From assembly GCA_963668625.2 (NCBI GenBank), contig CAXXKA010000009.1:23462-87461 (forward strand): a DNA stretch of 64,000 bases, in the 5' to 3' direction. This document shows positions 1 to 10,498 of this stretch, in pieces. A program made the translations under genes and the position numbers. Each line of letters opens with the position of its first letter. Within the stretch, counting starts at the first letter, position 1. Source of the stretch: an uncultured candidate division Zixibacteria bacterium (GTDB lineage: Bacteria > Zixibacteria > MSB-5A5 > UBA10806 > 4484-95). The notes beneath the pieces are model-generated. The model had not been told where the DNA came from. It worked only from the letters and a program-made list of their open reading frames with translations, and did not search any database.

Positions 1-1068
1 GTTAGCTTTTACTCGGGCGCCCTCGCCGACCCTGGCTTTATCGGAGATTATGACGTTCTCCTCCAAAACCGCGGCCTCGTTTATGATCGCGCCTTTGCAA
101 ATTATCGCCTCGGAGCTCTGGGCGCGCGGCCCGATGGAGACCTTATCCCAGGCAATTGTCCGGCTTAAATCAGCTTCTCGGCCGATAATCGATTCCGCTC
201 CGACAACCGAATTGAATAATTTCGCCCTCGGCCCGATTTTAGTTTTATGACCAACAATCACAGTGCCGCTGAATTTCGCCCGGGGCGAGATCTGAGCGTT
301 ATCGCCTACCCAAACCACTGCGCCGTCTTTTTCCAGCATCTTGCCGGATTGGCTGACTTTTAGTTTTCCATCAAGCATATCCTGATGGGCAGCCATATAC
401 TCATCGGTATTACCGATATCACGCCAATAGCCCTCAGCTACGAAACCGTACAATCGCTTCTTCTCAGCCAGCATTTTCGGAAACAGGTCCTTGGAGAAAT
501 CATATTCCGTTTGGGGCGGATACAAATCGAGCGCCTCCGGTTCGAGGATGTAGATACCGGTGTTAATCGTATCGGAAAACACTTGCCCCCATGATGGCTT
601 CTCCAGAAATCTTTCTATGCGACCGTTTTCGTCGGTAATCACGACACCATAGGCAAGCGGATTTTCCACTCGGGTGAGTACCATGCTTGCCATCGCTTTA
701 TGCTTTTTATGAAACTTCACCGCCTCGGTCAAATCGATATCGGTGGCAACATCACCGGAAATGATGATGAATCTCTCATCAAGAAATTTCTGGGCGTTTT
801 TCACCGAACCGGCCGTTCCGAAATCGGCCTCAGCCATCACATAATTCATCTTGACTCCCCAGTCGGAGCCATCCTTGAAATGATCTTTTATTTGATCGGC
901 CTGGAAATATAACAATGATGTGATATCCGTAAAGTTATGCTTCTTAAGCAGCTTTACCAGATGTTCCATTACCGGTATGCCCCCCAGCGGTACCATCGGC
1001 TTGGGGATATTCAGAGTCAGGGGTCTTAGCCTGGTACCAAATCCTCCCGCCATGATTACGGCTTTCAT
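1..1068 (-). CDS. NDP-sugar pyrophosphorylase (mannose-1-phosphate guanylyltransferase-like), 3' end outside window
   Basis: Not in the ORF track. Manual translation from ATG at 1068 gives MKAVIMAGGFGTRLRPLTLNIPKPMVP, the NTP_transferase signature. The frame runs towards the window edge. Confidence 0.9.
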   Translation of the reverse strand, partial: MKAVIMAGGFGTRLRPLTLNIPKPMVPLGGIPVMEHLVKLLKKHNFTDITSLLYFQADQIKDHFKDGSDWGVKMNYVMAEADFGTAGSVKNAQKFLDERFIIISGDVATDIDLTEAVKFHKKHKAMASMVLTRVENPLAYGVVITDENGRIERFLEKPSWGQVFSDTINTGIYILEPEALDLYPPQTEYDFSKDLFPKMLAEKKRLYGFVAEGYWRDIGNTDEYMAAHQDMLDGKLKVSQSGKMLEKDGAVVWVGDNAQISPRAKFSGTVIVGHKTKIGPRAKLFNSVVGAESIIGREADLSRTIAWDKVSIGPRAQSSEAIICKGAIINEAAVLEENVIISDKARVGEGARVKAN

Positions 1069-1133
1069 CTACTATATCTCCTCTCTATCGTAACATCCTG
1101 TTACGGATACAAAACTTGTCGGTTCTTTCAAGC

Positions 1134-1811
1134 TTAACCCCTGGTATCGAGTTCCCTTCGGAACGATTTTATTATATCATGGAAATTATTAAAAGGGAAA
1201 TACTTAATCTTCTTCGAATCGAGATATTCCGCTAAAAAGCTTTTTGCGAATACGATATCGGCTTGCTCGGCGGCGTGATTGTCGGAATGACCATCCCCTA
1301 TGAATACCGAGATATCGTCGGCAGCTAAAAGCCTCCTGATCTTCTCGCCCTTGCAGTCGACGCACCGAGGACACACCGACTCATCGTAATAGATAAATTC
1401 GGGATAGAGCATATTATTCTCCACCCTCGTCGGTGTGGCGTAAACTTCAACTCCATCGAGATCGAGACGAGCCAATATTCGCTTGATATAGAAATCGAAT
1501 CCCGCCGAGAGAACTGTCAACTTATAGCCGGCGGATTTACAATAGTCGATGAATTCACCGAAACCCTCGGTTATCTCCCGGCTATCTATGAAATCGTTTA
1601 CTTTGCTTATAGGGCTTGGATTTTCGTTGTAGATATCGCATTCGGTTTGCAGGCATTCGATCGCCGAGGCCTCGCCTCGTCGGTATTTCTGCACTATCGA
1701 TTCGGCCCTGCCCTCGGCAAACAGCTTGAAAAATCTATAGCCGACATCCTCTTTCGTGATCGTTCCGTCGAAATCAACGAAAACGTGATAACTCAAGCGT
1801 ATATCCTCCAT
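1134..1811 (-). CDS. HAD-IB phosphatase, MtnX-like
   Basis: DFDGTIT motif I, LSAG motif II, CK, GDGHSD motif IV. True start may be TTG at 1796. Confidence 0.85.
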   Translation of the reverse strand: MEDIRLSYHVFVDFDGTITKEDVGYRFFKLFAEGRAESIVQKYRRGEASAIECLQTECDIYNENPSPISKVNDFIDSREITEGFGEFIDYCKSAGYKLTVLSAGFDFYIKRILARLDLDGVEVYATPTRVENNMLYPEFIYYDESVCPRCVDCKGEKIRRLLAADDISVFIGDGHSDNHAAEQADIVFAKSFLAEYLDSKKIKYFPFNNFHDIIKSFRRELDTRG

Positions 1812-2068
1812 GCTACCGCCAGGGCAAGAACCAGTAACAAAATAATTACGATAGCACCGTACCTGGTCTCATTATTGCGAAATAGTATGACCATAGTTAA
1901 AACAAGCCCGCTGATCGGTATGATTACGGCCAGCAAAATACCAAGCCGAGTAAACCATACGGAATTTCCGAGACCGGCCATACCGGCCACGATAGCCACT
2001 CCGAATATTAAAGCCATCACCAAGCCTGCGTACTTGAAATAGCGCGAGAGTATGGTTTCTACTTTCAA
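1793..2068 (-). CDS. Small 3-TM membrane protein (DUF1634-like TauE partner)
   Basis: Three hydrophobic segments; overlaps the TauE gene stop by 4 nt. Confidence 0.6.
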   Translation of the reverse strand: MKVETILSRYFKYAGLVMALIFGVAIVAGMAGLGNSVWFTRLGILLAVIIPISGLVLTMVILFRNNETRYGAIVIILLLVLALAVAWRIYA

Positions 2069-2868
2069 AACAGCTCCACTCCCAGTCCCCTTAAACCTAT
2101 ACGAAGCCCGGCATACAATAGCGCGATTATGAACACGATCTTTATGACCCTGGACTTGAGCTTACTGGCCGTTGCCGCCCCCAGAGAGGAGCCGACCAGC
2201 GTACCGATAATAAGCGGTGCGATAGCAGCATAATCTATCAGGTCGTATTCGAGAGTCCCTTTAAGCTGGGCGATGAAATACACCAGCGTTCCGGTAGCGG
2301 CTGTCACGCCTATCATATATGTCGAGGTAGCTACGGCGGCTTTTATAGGGTAACCCAGTATCAGGTGAAGAATCGGTACCTGAACAACGCCACCGCCTAC
2401 TCCCAGGAGCGCCGAGACCATCCCGGCGACCGTGGATAATATCAAGCCGATAATCTTCCTGGCTCCCGATACCACATGTCCCGCTATATCGGTCACCGGT
2501 TGATCCTTGCGATTTATTTTCATCACCATATTTACCGAGGTGTATATCAATACGATTCCGAATATGACACTGACAATCTCCGGCTGAATCGCGATGGCTA
2601 TCAAACCACCGGCAATCGCGCCGACTATAGTGGTTGTCTCGAGGAACAGCCCCATACGGAAATCTACCAGCCTTTTGGTAAGGTAGCGTGAGGCGCCGCC
2701 TATCGAGGTGGCACATACAGCGCATAAACTGGTGGCAACGGCTGCTTTGATCGGTAAGCCGAAAGCGAGATTGAGTATCGGCACCATTACCACGCCTCCC
2801 CCCAAACCAACGAGCGCGCCGAAAAAACCCGCGCCTAAACCGCTGAGAAAGATCGCAATTATTTCCAT
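2065..2868 (-). CDS. Sulfite exporter TauE/SafE family protein
   Basis: Duplicated GxGGG motifs (GALVGLGGGVVMVP, ALLGVGGGVVQVP), AVATS repeats, about 8 TM helices. Confidence 0.9.
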   Translation of the reverse strand: MEIIAIFLSGLGAGFFGALVGLGGGVVMVPILNLAFGLPIKAAVATSLCAVCATSIGGASRYLTKRLVDFRMGLFLETTTIVGAIAGGLIAIAIQPEIVSVIFGIVLIYTSVNMVMKINRKDQPVTDIAGHVVSGARKIIGLILSTVAGMVSALLGVGGGVVQVPILHLILGYPIKAAVATSTYMIGVTAATGTLVYFIAQLKGTLEYDLIDYAAIAPLIIGTLVGSSLGAATASKLKSRVIKIVFIIALLYAGLRIGLRGLGVELF

Positions 2869-2903
2869 GCCGGGATGATAACTATAGCGATTTCAAATTG
2901 CAA
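2869..2903 (-). promoter_or_regulatory. Sigma70-like promoter, probably leaderless, for the TauE gene
   Basis: TTGCAA-N17-TATCAT-N6-ATG on the minus strand, no SD. Confidence 0.5.
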
Positions 2904-2994
2904 GTAAAGATGATGTAAATATTAATAGCCACGGGCTGTCGAGAATTCTTGTTTTTGCGGATGATATTAAATCGTTGTTTTTTGAAGTGCGCCC

Positions 2995-3110
2995 TCAGGA
3001 TGTCGTACCTTCCATCCCGAGGTATCGGGCCGGGATTATCATTGTTAATATACAGTTACGCCCTATATCATCAGAATGGGGCAGGATGAAAGCGGAGCGA
3101 CATGCTGACC
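2995..3110. repeat. Degenerate family C REP-like element
   Basis: ctcaggatgtcgtaccttccatcccgag and caggatgaaagcggagcgacatgctga resemble the halves of the repeats at 27176-27300 and 27543-27667. Confidence 0.55.
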
Positions 3111-3180
3111 ATATGACGATATCGAATAATAAATTTTATCAATGATTGCCACTGGAATCAAACAGTTCACTGAATAAACA

Positions 3181-3193
3181 CCGGACACTAGTG
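3181..3193 (+). mobile_element. Orphan IS4-type right inverted repeat
   Basis: CCGGACACTAGTG is identical to the IRR of the IS at 29261-29273. Confidence 0.5.
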
Positions 3194-3291
3194 ATTCAGG
3201 ATAAACCCATAAACTGATTATTTAACTAAAACAACAATGACAGGTAAGACAATTTTAAGTGATCGAGATAGTAAACAAGCTAATATACGAT

Positions 3292-4932
3292 TTAATACCC
3301 AACCAGCAAATCCCCGTAAACATCGGGGCTTTTCAATACCTCGCCGGCTTTAACTAACTCGGGATCGTTATACTGTCCCGATAACTCCAGTGCGGTTTTC
3401 TCGCCGAAATTGAGCGATACTATATATTCATATAATAGCTTTCGAAGAAGCGGGGTGGCGCTCAGCAACTCGTTAGCGGCATTATTATCGAGAATTTCTT
3501 TGATCTCCCCGAGAGGTTTAGTCATGCGGCTCGGTCCGGGAACAGTATCGACTACGGCTTTAAACTGGTTAAATCTCGAATAAACTTCATCCTGGAAAAC
3601 ATATCCCCTTTCATCGAGATACTCGATGAAATCATCAACGGTTCGGTCCTCGAGTTCGTAATCCACATCAATTCGATGAGTGCTGCAATACTGTTCGACG
3701 AATTCGTTCAAATAACCCGAGGTTATTATCTCATCGATGAGCGGGCTATACTCGAACAACTCCACATATATATCGGGAATAATACCGCCGCCGCCGAAAA
3801 CGGGCCTGCCCGCCTCGGTAAAAAATAGCACCTCGTTATCGCCCTCGGGCGCGGCCAATACCTCGTTATTCAGCCGGTTTTTCTGTATGCATCTATCGGA
3901 GGGCGTGTAATACTTGGCGGTGGTTAACTTGAGCGCCGAGTTATCCGAGAATTTCAAAATCTGCTGAACCAGTCCTTTGCCGAACGAGGTCGAACCGATA
4001 ATCAGTCCTCTATCGTTATCCTGTATTGCCCCGGCAACGATCTCGGCGGCCGAGGCTGTCTGGCCGTTTATCAACACGGTCAGGGCGCCATCTTTATAAA
4101 GGCCGTCCTCGCGAACATCATAGGTACGCATACTGACACCGCCACGGCTTTTGGTCTCGACTATTCTATCGCCTTTTTCCAAAAATAATGCCGCAACCTC
4201 GATAGATTCATATAGCAAACCGCCGGGGTTGTCACGAAGGTCTAATATCAGGCCGTTGACGTTTTTATCCATCAGTATGGAAATGACACTTTTAACCGCG
4301 AATATGCAGCCCTCGGAGAATCGGGAGATTTTAATATAACCATTATTGTGTTGATCGACAAACCAGTATGGCACGGCCTCTATATGTATCTCCTCGCGAG
4401 CCAAAGCAATCGATAGCTCTTTGCTCAACAGCGGCCTGTATAAGGTGATATCGACCAGGGAGTTTTCCTCCCCCCTCAGCAACTTGCGGCAGGCCGAAAT
4501 GGATTTATCGATAACCGAGGTCGTATCTACTCTGACTATTCGATCACCGATTTTAATATTGGCTTTCGAGGCCGGGCTATTTTTGATTACCGAGCAAACC
4601 CAGATACTGTCGCCGGTTTTATCCAGTTCGATACCGGTGCCGGCGTATTCGCCCTGAGTCTCCTGAATCAGGTAGAAATAGTCGTTATCCTCGAGATAAG
4701 TACTGTAAGGGTCCAGCTTATCGAGCATGCCCTCGATACCGGCGTGGATCAGTTTCTGGTCATCCAGGCCGTCCACATACTTATCCGAGACCGTAACCGC
4801 GATTCTATCGAACAGCCGGATAAGCGTATAGAGGTCATCCCCGGAGGCCCAGGCCAGGCTAACCGCTACGATCAGTAAAAAAAAAGGCCCGGTGATCATA
4901 CCGAGCTTTATTTTCAATAGTTTCTCGATCAT
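3292..4932 (-). CDS. ctpA: Carboxy-terminal processing protease, S41A family
   Basis: LDPYS, PDZ domain, DLRDNPGG, TASAAEI (catalytic Ser), SFGKG (catalytic Lys). Confidence 0.92.
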   Translation of the reverse strand: MIEKLLKIKLGMITGPFFLLIVAVSLAWASGDDLYTLIRLFDRIAVTVSDKYVDGLDDQKLIHAGIEGMLDKLDPYSTYLEDNDYFYLIQETQGEYAGTGIELDKTGDSIWVCSVIKNSPASKANIKIGDRIVRVDTTSVIDKSISACRKLLRGEENSLVDITLYRPLLSKELSIALAREEIHIEAVPYWFVDQHNNGYIKISRFSEGCIFAVKSVISILMDKNVNGLILDLRDNPGGLLYESIEVAALFLEKGDRIVETKSRGGVSMRTYDVREDGLYKDGALTVLINGQTASAAEIVAGAIQDNDRGLIIGSTSFGKGLVQQILKFSDNSALKLTTAKYYTPSDRCIQKNRLNNEVLAAPEGDNEVLFFTEAGRPVFGGGGIIPDIYVELFEYSPLIDEIITSGYLNEFVEQYCSTHRIDVDYELEDRTVDDFIEYLDERGYVFQDEVYSRFNQFKAVVDTVPGPSRMTKPLGEIKEILDNNAANELLSATPLLRKLLYEYIVSLNFGEKTALELSGQYNDPELVKAGEVLKSPDVYGDLLVGY

Positions 4933-4957
4933 ATCAAGTATCGAGGAAGATTATCGT

Positions 4958-5584
4958 TCAACTTATGCTATCATCAACAAACTCTCTTATTCTTGCCTCG
5001 ATAGTATTAATATCGTCTAAGCCGTTTACGACCTTAAAGCGAGTATTTCCCTGCGATTGACACTTTGTTGCAATCTGCAAATAGCCATCCCTCACTCGAT
5101 TAAAAAAATCATCCCCCTCGGATTCGATACGATCCTTGAGTTTTCCGCATACCATCAGGCGTTTTAACGATTCCTCGACTGTGATATCTATGAAAAATGT
5201 CAAGTCCGGTTCGAGACCGCCGGTGGCTATATTATTTATGGCCTCTATTTTTTCGACTCCCAAACCCCTGGCGTAGCCCTGATAAGCCGTTGAGGAATCG
5301 GCGAAACGATCGCAAATAACAACCTGTTTTTCAGCCAGGGCCGGCCTGATAACTGTTTCGACAAGTTGAGCGCGGGCGGCGCTGTATAAAAAGAACTCCG
5401 ATAATCCTACCATACCTTTCGAGTCGTTATCCAATAATATTTCGCGGATTTTCTCCGATATCTTCGTTCCGCCCGGTTCCCTGAGAGTTAAAACTTTATA
5501 TCCTTTTTCAGTCAGGTAATTCACCAGAAGTTGACACTGTGTGCTCTTGCCGGATTGATCGATACCCTCGAACGTTATAAACAT
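4958..5584 (-). CDS. tmk: Thymidylate kinase
   Basis: FITFEGIDQSGKST P-loop, REPGGT, CDRFADSSTAYQG. Confidence 0.96.
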   Translation of the reverse strand: MFITFEGIDQSGKSTQCQLLVNYLTEKGYKVLTLREPGGTKISEKIREILLDNDSKGMVGLSEFFLYSAARAQLVETVIRPALAEKQVVICDRFADSSTAYQGYARGLGVEKIEAINNIATGGLEPDLTFFIDITVEESLKRLMVCGKLKDRIESEGDDFFNRVRDGYLQIATKCQSQGNTRFKVVNGLDDINTIEARIREFVDDSIS

Positions 5585-5589
5585 CCTCA

Positions 5590-6453
5590 CTAATCCCTTT
5601 CCGAGAAAACTAAAATTAACGCTAAAATAATCAATGCACCTCCTGTAATAGTACCAATATTCGGCATCTCTTTAAAGATAAAAATTGCCCAAATCGAGGC
5701 TAAAACAGGTTCGGCTACTATAGTAATACCCACTTTGTAGGCTTTCAAATGCTTTATCATATAATTGTATAACGAATGTCCGATAAGGGTCGGGCCGACT
5801 GCCAGCAGGGTAAAATAGAAATAGTCGATCCCCTGATAAGTCGCTAATAGTTTTCCATTTACGAGAAGAATAACGCCCAGCGTTATGGCCGCTACCGAGT
5901 ACACCACATATATATATGGTATCACTCGTAATGAGCCGCGTACGATTCGCCCGAAAAACAGGTAAATAGCAGCCATGATGGCGCCCAGCAACGCCAGAAA
6001 ATCGCCATAAAGATAATCGCTCGATAGGTTCAAGTCGAACCCGGCGATTAAGGCGGTACCGCAAATCGCCAGGGCAATACCGATATAGCCTTTTAGAGCG
6101 GGTTTCTCGCCGAGAAATATTGTGGTGAATGCCACTAAAAATATCGGCTGGGTGGTAACCAGAACTACCGAAGAGGCTATCGAGGTATAATCCAACGAGG
6201 CGATCCAGAAATAAAAATGCCAGCCTAAAGCCAAACCGGAAAGTATGCTGATGATTGTCGTTTTCCTCGTAAACGCGGAAAATTCATGTCGGAATTTAGT
6301 TAAAGCTATGGGAGTTAAGATAACGACAGATATCAGGATACGATAAAAAGCGATCGCGGTAGAGGGCGCCTGGCTGGCGCGAATGATTATCGCCGCCCAG
6401 GATACGGCCAGCACGGCCGGTATCAAAACCAGCCATTTGCGATCCTGTCTCAC
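5590..6453 (-). CDS. DMT/EamA family transporter
   Basis: About 10 TM helices in two EamA repeats (IAFYR, TTQPIF, EPVLASI). Confidence 0.9.
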   Translation of the reverse strand: MRQDRKWLVLIPAVLAVSWAAIIIRASQAPSTAIAFYRILISVVILTPIALTKFRHEFSAFTRKTTIISILSGLALGWHFYFWIASLDYTSIASSVVLVTTQPIFLVAFTTIFLGEKPALKGYIGIALAICGTALIAGFDLNLSSDYLYGDFLALLGAIMAAIYLFFGRIVRGSLRVIPYIYVVYSVAAITLGVILLVNGKLLATYQGIDYFYFTLLAVGPTLIGHSLYNYMIKHLKAYKVGITIVAEPVLASIWAIFIFKEMPNIGTITGGALIILALILVFSERD

Positions 6454-7451
6454 GAGTTAACTGTGCAGTATTGCTCTAGTTTTAAAAGCTGCGAGGAGGT
6501 TCCGATCAGTATCAACGTGTCGCCCTCATCGATAATCATATCAGGCGGCGGATTGTAAAACATCCCTTTGCCATGCTTGCGCGTTCCGATAATCGTGATA
6601 CCCAGTTCGGAGCGTATCCCGGAATCCTTGATTGCCCGTCCAATAAGGCGGGAACCGCCTTTTACCGCTATCTCCTCGACTTTCAAACCATCGGTGGAAT
6701 CCTCCGAGGCCAGGTTCATGAAATCGACGACGTTCGGTCGAAGAGTTGTCTGGGCCATGTAGATACCGGCGTAAACATGAGGCGAAAGAACCTTGGTAGC
6801 GCCTGCCCGCTTGAGCTTGTTATGGGCGCTCATACTATCGGCGCGCGCCATTATAAACAGGTCGGGGTTAAGCTGTTTGGCCGAGATCGTGACATACACG
6901 GCATCCGCCTCATCGGCGATTGTGTTGATAACGCCTTTAGCATTGGCGATATTCGCCACCAGCAATTTATCGTCATCGGCGCAGTTACCGTTGATATATA
7001 GATAACCCGCTTTCTCCATCTCCTCTACCAGTTCCGACATCTGCTCTATGACCACGAACGGCACGTTGTTCAAGCTTAATTCCTTACAAACGGTTTTACC
7101 CACACGCCCAAAACCGCAGATAATATAATGATCTTTCAGCTTTTTCAGTTGTTTTTCCATGATTCTGCTCCCGAATAACTTTTGTATATGCCCCTCCAGG
7201 ATCGATTTAAACAGTATACTGACTAAAAACCCCCAGGCCGGCGCTACGCCAATGAATACGAATAATATCGTAAAAATCTTGCCGGAATCGGTAAGGGGAT
7301 GAACCTCGTGATAACCTATAGTGGCCAGGGTGATAATGGTCATATAGGCCGAATCCAAAAAAGTCCAATCCTCCAATCCCCAGTAACCAAAAGTACCGAC
7401 CAGCATTATGACAGGTAATAGAATTAATGCCCTGATGATATTTTTTTCCAT
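6450..7451 (-). CDS. Potassium channel protein with RCK (TrkA-N/TrkA-C) domains
   Basis: TLATIGY pore motif, ICGFGRVG Rossmann motif, C-terminal TrkA-C. Confidence 0.92.
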   Translation of the reverse strand: MEKNIIRALILLPVIMLVGTFGYWGLEDWTFLDSAYMTIITLATIGYHEVHPLTDSGKIFTILFVFIGVAPAWGFLVSILFKSILEGHIQKLFGSRIMEKQLKKLKDHYIICGFGRVGKTVCKELSLNNVPFVVIEQMSELVEEMEKAGYLYINGNCADDDKLLVANIANAKGVINTIADEADAVYVTISAKQLNPDLFIMARADSMSAHNKLKRAGATKVLSPHVYAGIYMAQTTLRPNVVDFMNLASEDSTDGLKVEEIAVKGGSRLIGRAIKDSGIRSELGITIIGTRKHGKGMFYNPPPDMIIDEGDTLILIGTSSQLLKLEQYCTVNS

Positions 7452-7456
7452 AATAA

Positions 7457-7840
7457 CTATATCGGTTGGCTGAAAATAATTTTCACGTTATCAGGATCGG
7501 TTATCTTGAAAATTCTATGCCCCCAGGATTTATCCTCGGGCCTGGTTGCTCGAATTTGTTCGTACCGTTTAAGTTTGTCATATAGAGAATCGACATCGTT
7601 TACGCTCAGGAATATCTCGGTTTTATTGAATTCGGGGATATAACTGCATTCGGTATTACCCTCGCCCTCGGGATACCAGATAAGCTCGATTAAAGCCTCT
7701 CCGCAGAAAAATAATGCGCCCCAGCTATCGGCTCTCTGCCAGGAGTTTTTTAATTTCAAACCCAATATGTCATGATAAAAATCGAAACTCTTACGATAAT
7801 CATTCGCTTTTATAACTATCCTGTCCAGTTTCATACGCAC
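7457..7840 (-). CDS. VOC/glyoxalase family protein
   Basis: SFDFYHDILGL and SWGHRIFKITDPDN motifs. Confidence 0.85.
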   Translation of the reverse strand: MRMKLDRIVIKANDYRKSFDFYHDILGLKLKNSWQRADSWGALFFCGEALIELIWYPEGEGNTECSYIPEFNKTEIFLSVNDVDSLYDKLKRYEQIRATRPEDKSWGHRIFKITDPDNVKIIFSQPI

Positions 7841-8621
7841 CTCCGGCCAAGGCCAAGCGTGTACCCGGCATTAATGATTTCCTTTCAACCGGCAGCTCAT
7901 CGTTTGCCACGGCATACAAAAGTCCCGGTTTGTTGGATATTATACCATCAACACCCAGGTCGATCAATTGTTTCATGAGATTCGCGTCGTTAACTGTCCA
8001 GGTAAAAACCGGAATGTTTCGAGCATGAAAGCGACTGATGATTTCCGGGGTAATCATTTCGTAGTGAAGGTGGGCAGTATCCGCGCCCAGCATCTCGAAT
8101 ATGAAACTCAACAATATCCGCCCCATGCGATTTACTTTCAATATTCGTTCCTGCCCCACGACCCAACCGGTTTTTAAAGTGCTATCCAGGTATTTGAGTT
8201 TCCTGACTATCCAGGGGCCGAACGAGGATAACAAAACGGAGTCCCGCACATCGAATTCGTATATCATATCGATAACGGCCTGCTCGTAATCGGCGGCTTT
8301 AATCTCGATATTCAAATCGATCCGGTTGCCATAGCGGCTGAGCACCTGCTCCAATGTCGCCAGCTCAAAACCATCTGAACGACAATAATCTCGAAGCTCT
8401 TTGAACGAGGTATGAGAGATAAGTTGCTGTTTTTGTATATCCGGATTGATCTGTGATTCGATCGGCACGAACCAGTCATGATAAATAACCAGTACGCCAT
8501 CGGAGGTACTGCGCACGTCAAGCTCGATCATATCGGCGTTATCGGCAATCGCCCTATCGAATGATATAATCGTATTATCCGGCAGAAGGTGTGAGGCCCC
8601 TCTATGGCCTATTATTCTGAT
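7800..8621 (-). CDS. Glycerophosphodiester phosphodiesterase
   Basis: IELDV, IYHD, NIEIK, WTVND motifs. The catalytic IIGHRGAS lies in frame upstream of the ATG at 8531, so the start is placed at ATC 8621. Confidence 0.85.
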   Translation of the reverse strand: MRIIGHRGASHLLPDNTIISFDRAIADNADMIELDVRSTSDGVLVIYHDWFVPIESQINPDIQKQQLISHTSFKELRDYCRSDGFELATLEQVLSRYGNRIDLNIEIKAADYEQAVIDMIYEFDVRDSVLLSSFGPWIVRKLKYLDSTLKTGWVVGQERILKVNRMGRILLSFIFEMLGADTAHLHYEMITPEIISRFHARNIPVFTWTVNDANLMKQLIDLGVDGIISNKPGLLYAVANDELPVERKSLMPGTRLALAGGAYETGQDSYKSE

Positions 8622-8640
8622 AAAGTCCCCCTGAGAAGAA

Positions 8641-8664
8641 AAGGGCGGTAAAAATACCGCCCTT
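8641..8664 (-). terminator. Hairpin terminator after ino1
   Basis: Perfect 10-bp stem AAGGGCGGTA-AAAA-TACCGCCCTT, followed by a T-rich tract on the minus strand. Confidence 0.7.
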
Positions 8665-8671
8665 AGAATTT

Positions 8672-9853
8672 TTATTTATCCTTCTCCTCGACCAAACCTT
8701 TAATTCTCGTTTGGGAGTCGGAGGTTTCGGCCTTGGCTTTCTTGTCTTTCTTGCCATTACCGTCCGTTTCAACTACTTTGCGGCTGTGTCGCTCGATGAA
8801 CTCCTCGGTTTTGGTACGAGCTTCAGGATCGGTGTACTGTTCCGGGGGGGATTTCATGAAATACGAGGCGGGGCCAAACAGCGTGCCTGAAATTTTGTTA
8901 TCCAGTGCCAGTTTGCAGCAGCGAACGGCATCGATGACGACGCCGGCGGAGTTCGGTGAATCCCAAACCTCGAGTTTGAGTTCGGCATTTAACGGCACGT
9001 TACCGAAAGTGGTACCCTCCATGCGAATATATGCCCATTTGCGGTCGGACAGCCAGGCGACATAATCGGATGGACCGATATGAACGTTATCCGCGCCAAT
9101 ATCATAATCGAGCTGCGAGGTAACGGCGTTGGTCTTGGATATCTTCTTCGATTCGAGACGTCTACGCTCGAGCATATTGTAGAAATCGGTGTTACCGCCG
9201 ACATTGAGCTGGCTGGTACGTTCGAGTTTCACGCCGCGCTCCCTGAACAGGCGAGTTAAAATGCGATGCATGATAGTAGCGCCAACCTGCGATTTGATAT
9301 CATCACCGATCATCGGCAAACCGCGCTGTTTGAAACGATTCTGCCAGTACTCCTCGCGAGCGATGAATACGGGTATGCAGTTCACGAAAGCGCATCCGGC
9401 CGCCAGAATTTGCTCGACATACCATTTGGTAGCTTGCTCTGAGCCGACAGGTAAATAACTGACCACCACATCGGTGCCGGTTTCCTGGAGTATCTTTACG
9501 ATATCATCGGTCGGGCCGGGAGCTTTGGTGATAATTTTGCTCAGGTATTCACCCAATCCGTCATGGGTCATACCGCGATGCACTTTAACGCCGATCTTCG
9601 GCACATCACAGAACTTGAAAGTATTATTCGGCTTGGCATAGATCGCCTCGGATAAATCTTTACCGACTTTGTTGACGTCGATATCGAAAGCGGCGGTAAA
9701 CTCTATATCGGAAATATGATATCCACCGAGATTGACATGCATGAGCCCGGGTACGAACTCATCATCCGCGGCGTTTTTATAATACTCGACGCCCTGTACG
9801 AAGGATGATGCGCAATTACCCACGCCGATTATTGCTACTTTTACTTTTCCCAT
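8672..9853 (-). CDS. ino1: Myo-inositol-1-phosphate synthase
   Basis: [49 protein letters not shown]. Confidence 0.96.
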   Translation of the reverse strand: MGKVKVAIIGVGNCASSFVQGVEYYKNAADDEFVPGLMHVNLGGYHISDIEFTAAFDIDVNKVGKDLSEAIYAKPNNTFKFCDVPKIGVKVHRGMTHDGLGEYLSKIITKAPGPTDDIVKILQETGTDVVVSYLPVGSEQATKWYVEQILAAGCAFVNCIPVFIAREEYWQNRFKQRGLPMIGDDIKSQVGATIMHRILTRLFRERGVKLERTSQLNVGGNTDFYNMLERRRLESKKISKTNAVTSQLDYDIGADNVHIGPSDYVAWLSDRKWAYIRMEGTTFGNVPLNAELKLEVWDSPNSAGVVIDAVRCCKLALDNKISGTLFGPASYFMKSPPEQYTDPEARTKTEEFIERHSRKVVETDGNGKKDKKAKAETSDSQTRIKGLVEEKDK

Positions 9854-9862
9854 TTTATCTCC

Positions 9863-10498
9863 TTAGTTAGGATTATTTTCAAGTTCAATCTTTTCCAATT
9901 CTCTTTTAACATGCGATACCCGCTGAATTACGGTCACGTTCGAAACTATCGCAATAAAAATTACAACCAGCTTAACGAGGAAATGTTCCACGCTGAAAAG
10001 CCCGCCGATTATACCATCGAATACGGCGGCGCCGGCAATATAAGTAATCCTCTCCGGCCTTTGCATCATGCCAACCTTACAGGCGATTTTCAAAGCGCCG
10101 GCCCTGGCCCTGGTATAAGAGGTTAACAGCGTGCCGGTAATTGTCACGACAATAAGCACATGTATCCAGAGTTCATTGAAATATATAGCTATGCCCAAAA
10201 AGATCAGGATATCGCTGTAGCGGTCGATGGTTGAATCGAAAAAGGCCCCGAATTTACTCTTTTTGCCGGTGTTTCGGGCCACCATGCCATCGAGCACATC
10301 GCAAGTGCCGGCCACTACGATCATCACGCCGCCCCAGAAAAACATACCCCGGGCAAGAAAATACGAGGCTATCAGGGTAATAACCAGCCCTGCCCAGGTA
10401 ATAGTGTTGGGTTGAATACCGGACGCGATCAGCCATCGGCCGATTGGTTCCACTATTTTGAAATAACCGTTGGTGAATTTATCGCCAATTAAGTTCAT
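9863..10498 (-). CDS. CDP-alcohol phosphatidyltransferase (phosphatidylinositol-phosphate synthase-like)
   Basis: PNTIT and DVLDGMVAR..FGAFFDSTIDRYSD signature; SYTRARA..GMMQRPER; immediately upstream of ino1. Confidence 0.9.
   Translation of the reverse strand: MNLIGDKFTNGYFKIVEPIGRWLIASGIQPNTITWAGLVITLIASYFLARGMFFWGGVMIVVAGTCDVLDGMVARNTGKKSKFGAFFDSTIDRYSDILIFLGIAIYFNELWIHVLIVVTITGTLLTSYTRARAGALKIACKVGMMQRPERITYIAGAAVFDGIIGGLFSVEHFLVKLVVIFIAIVSNVTVIQRVSHVKRELEKIELENNPN

Noticed and set aside
50-912. Plus-strand ORFs at 50, 385 and 700
   Set aside because: Antisense shadows of the minus-strand nucleotidyltransferase starting at 1068.
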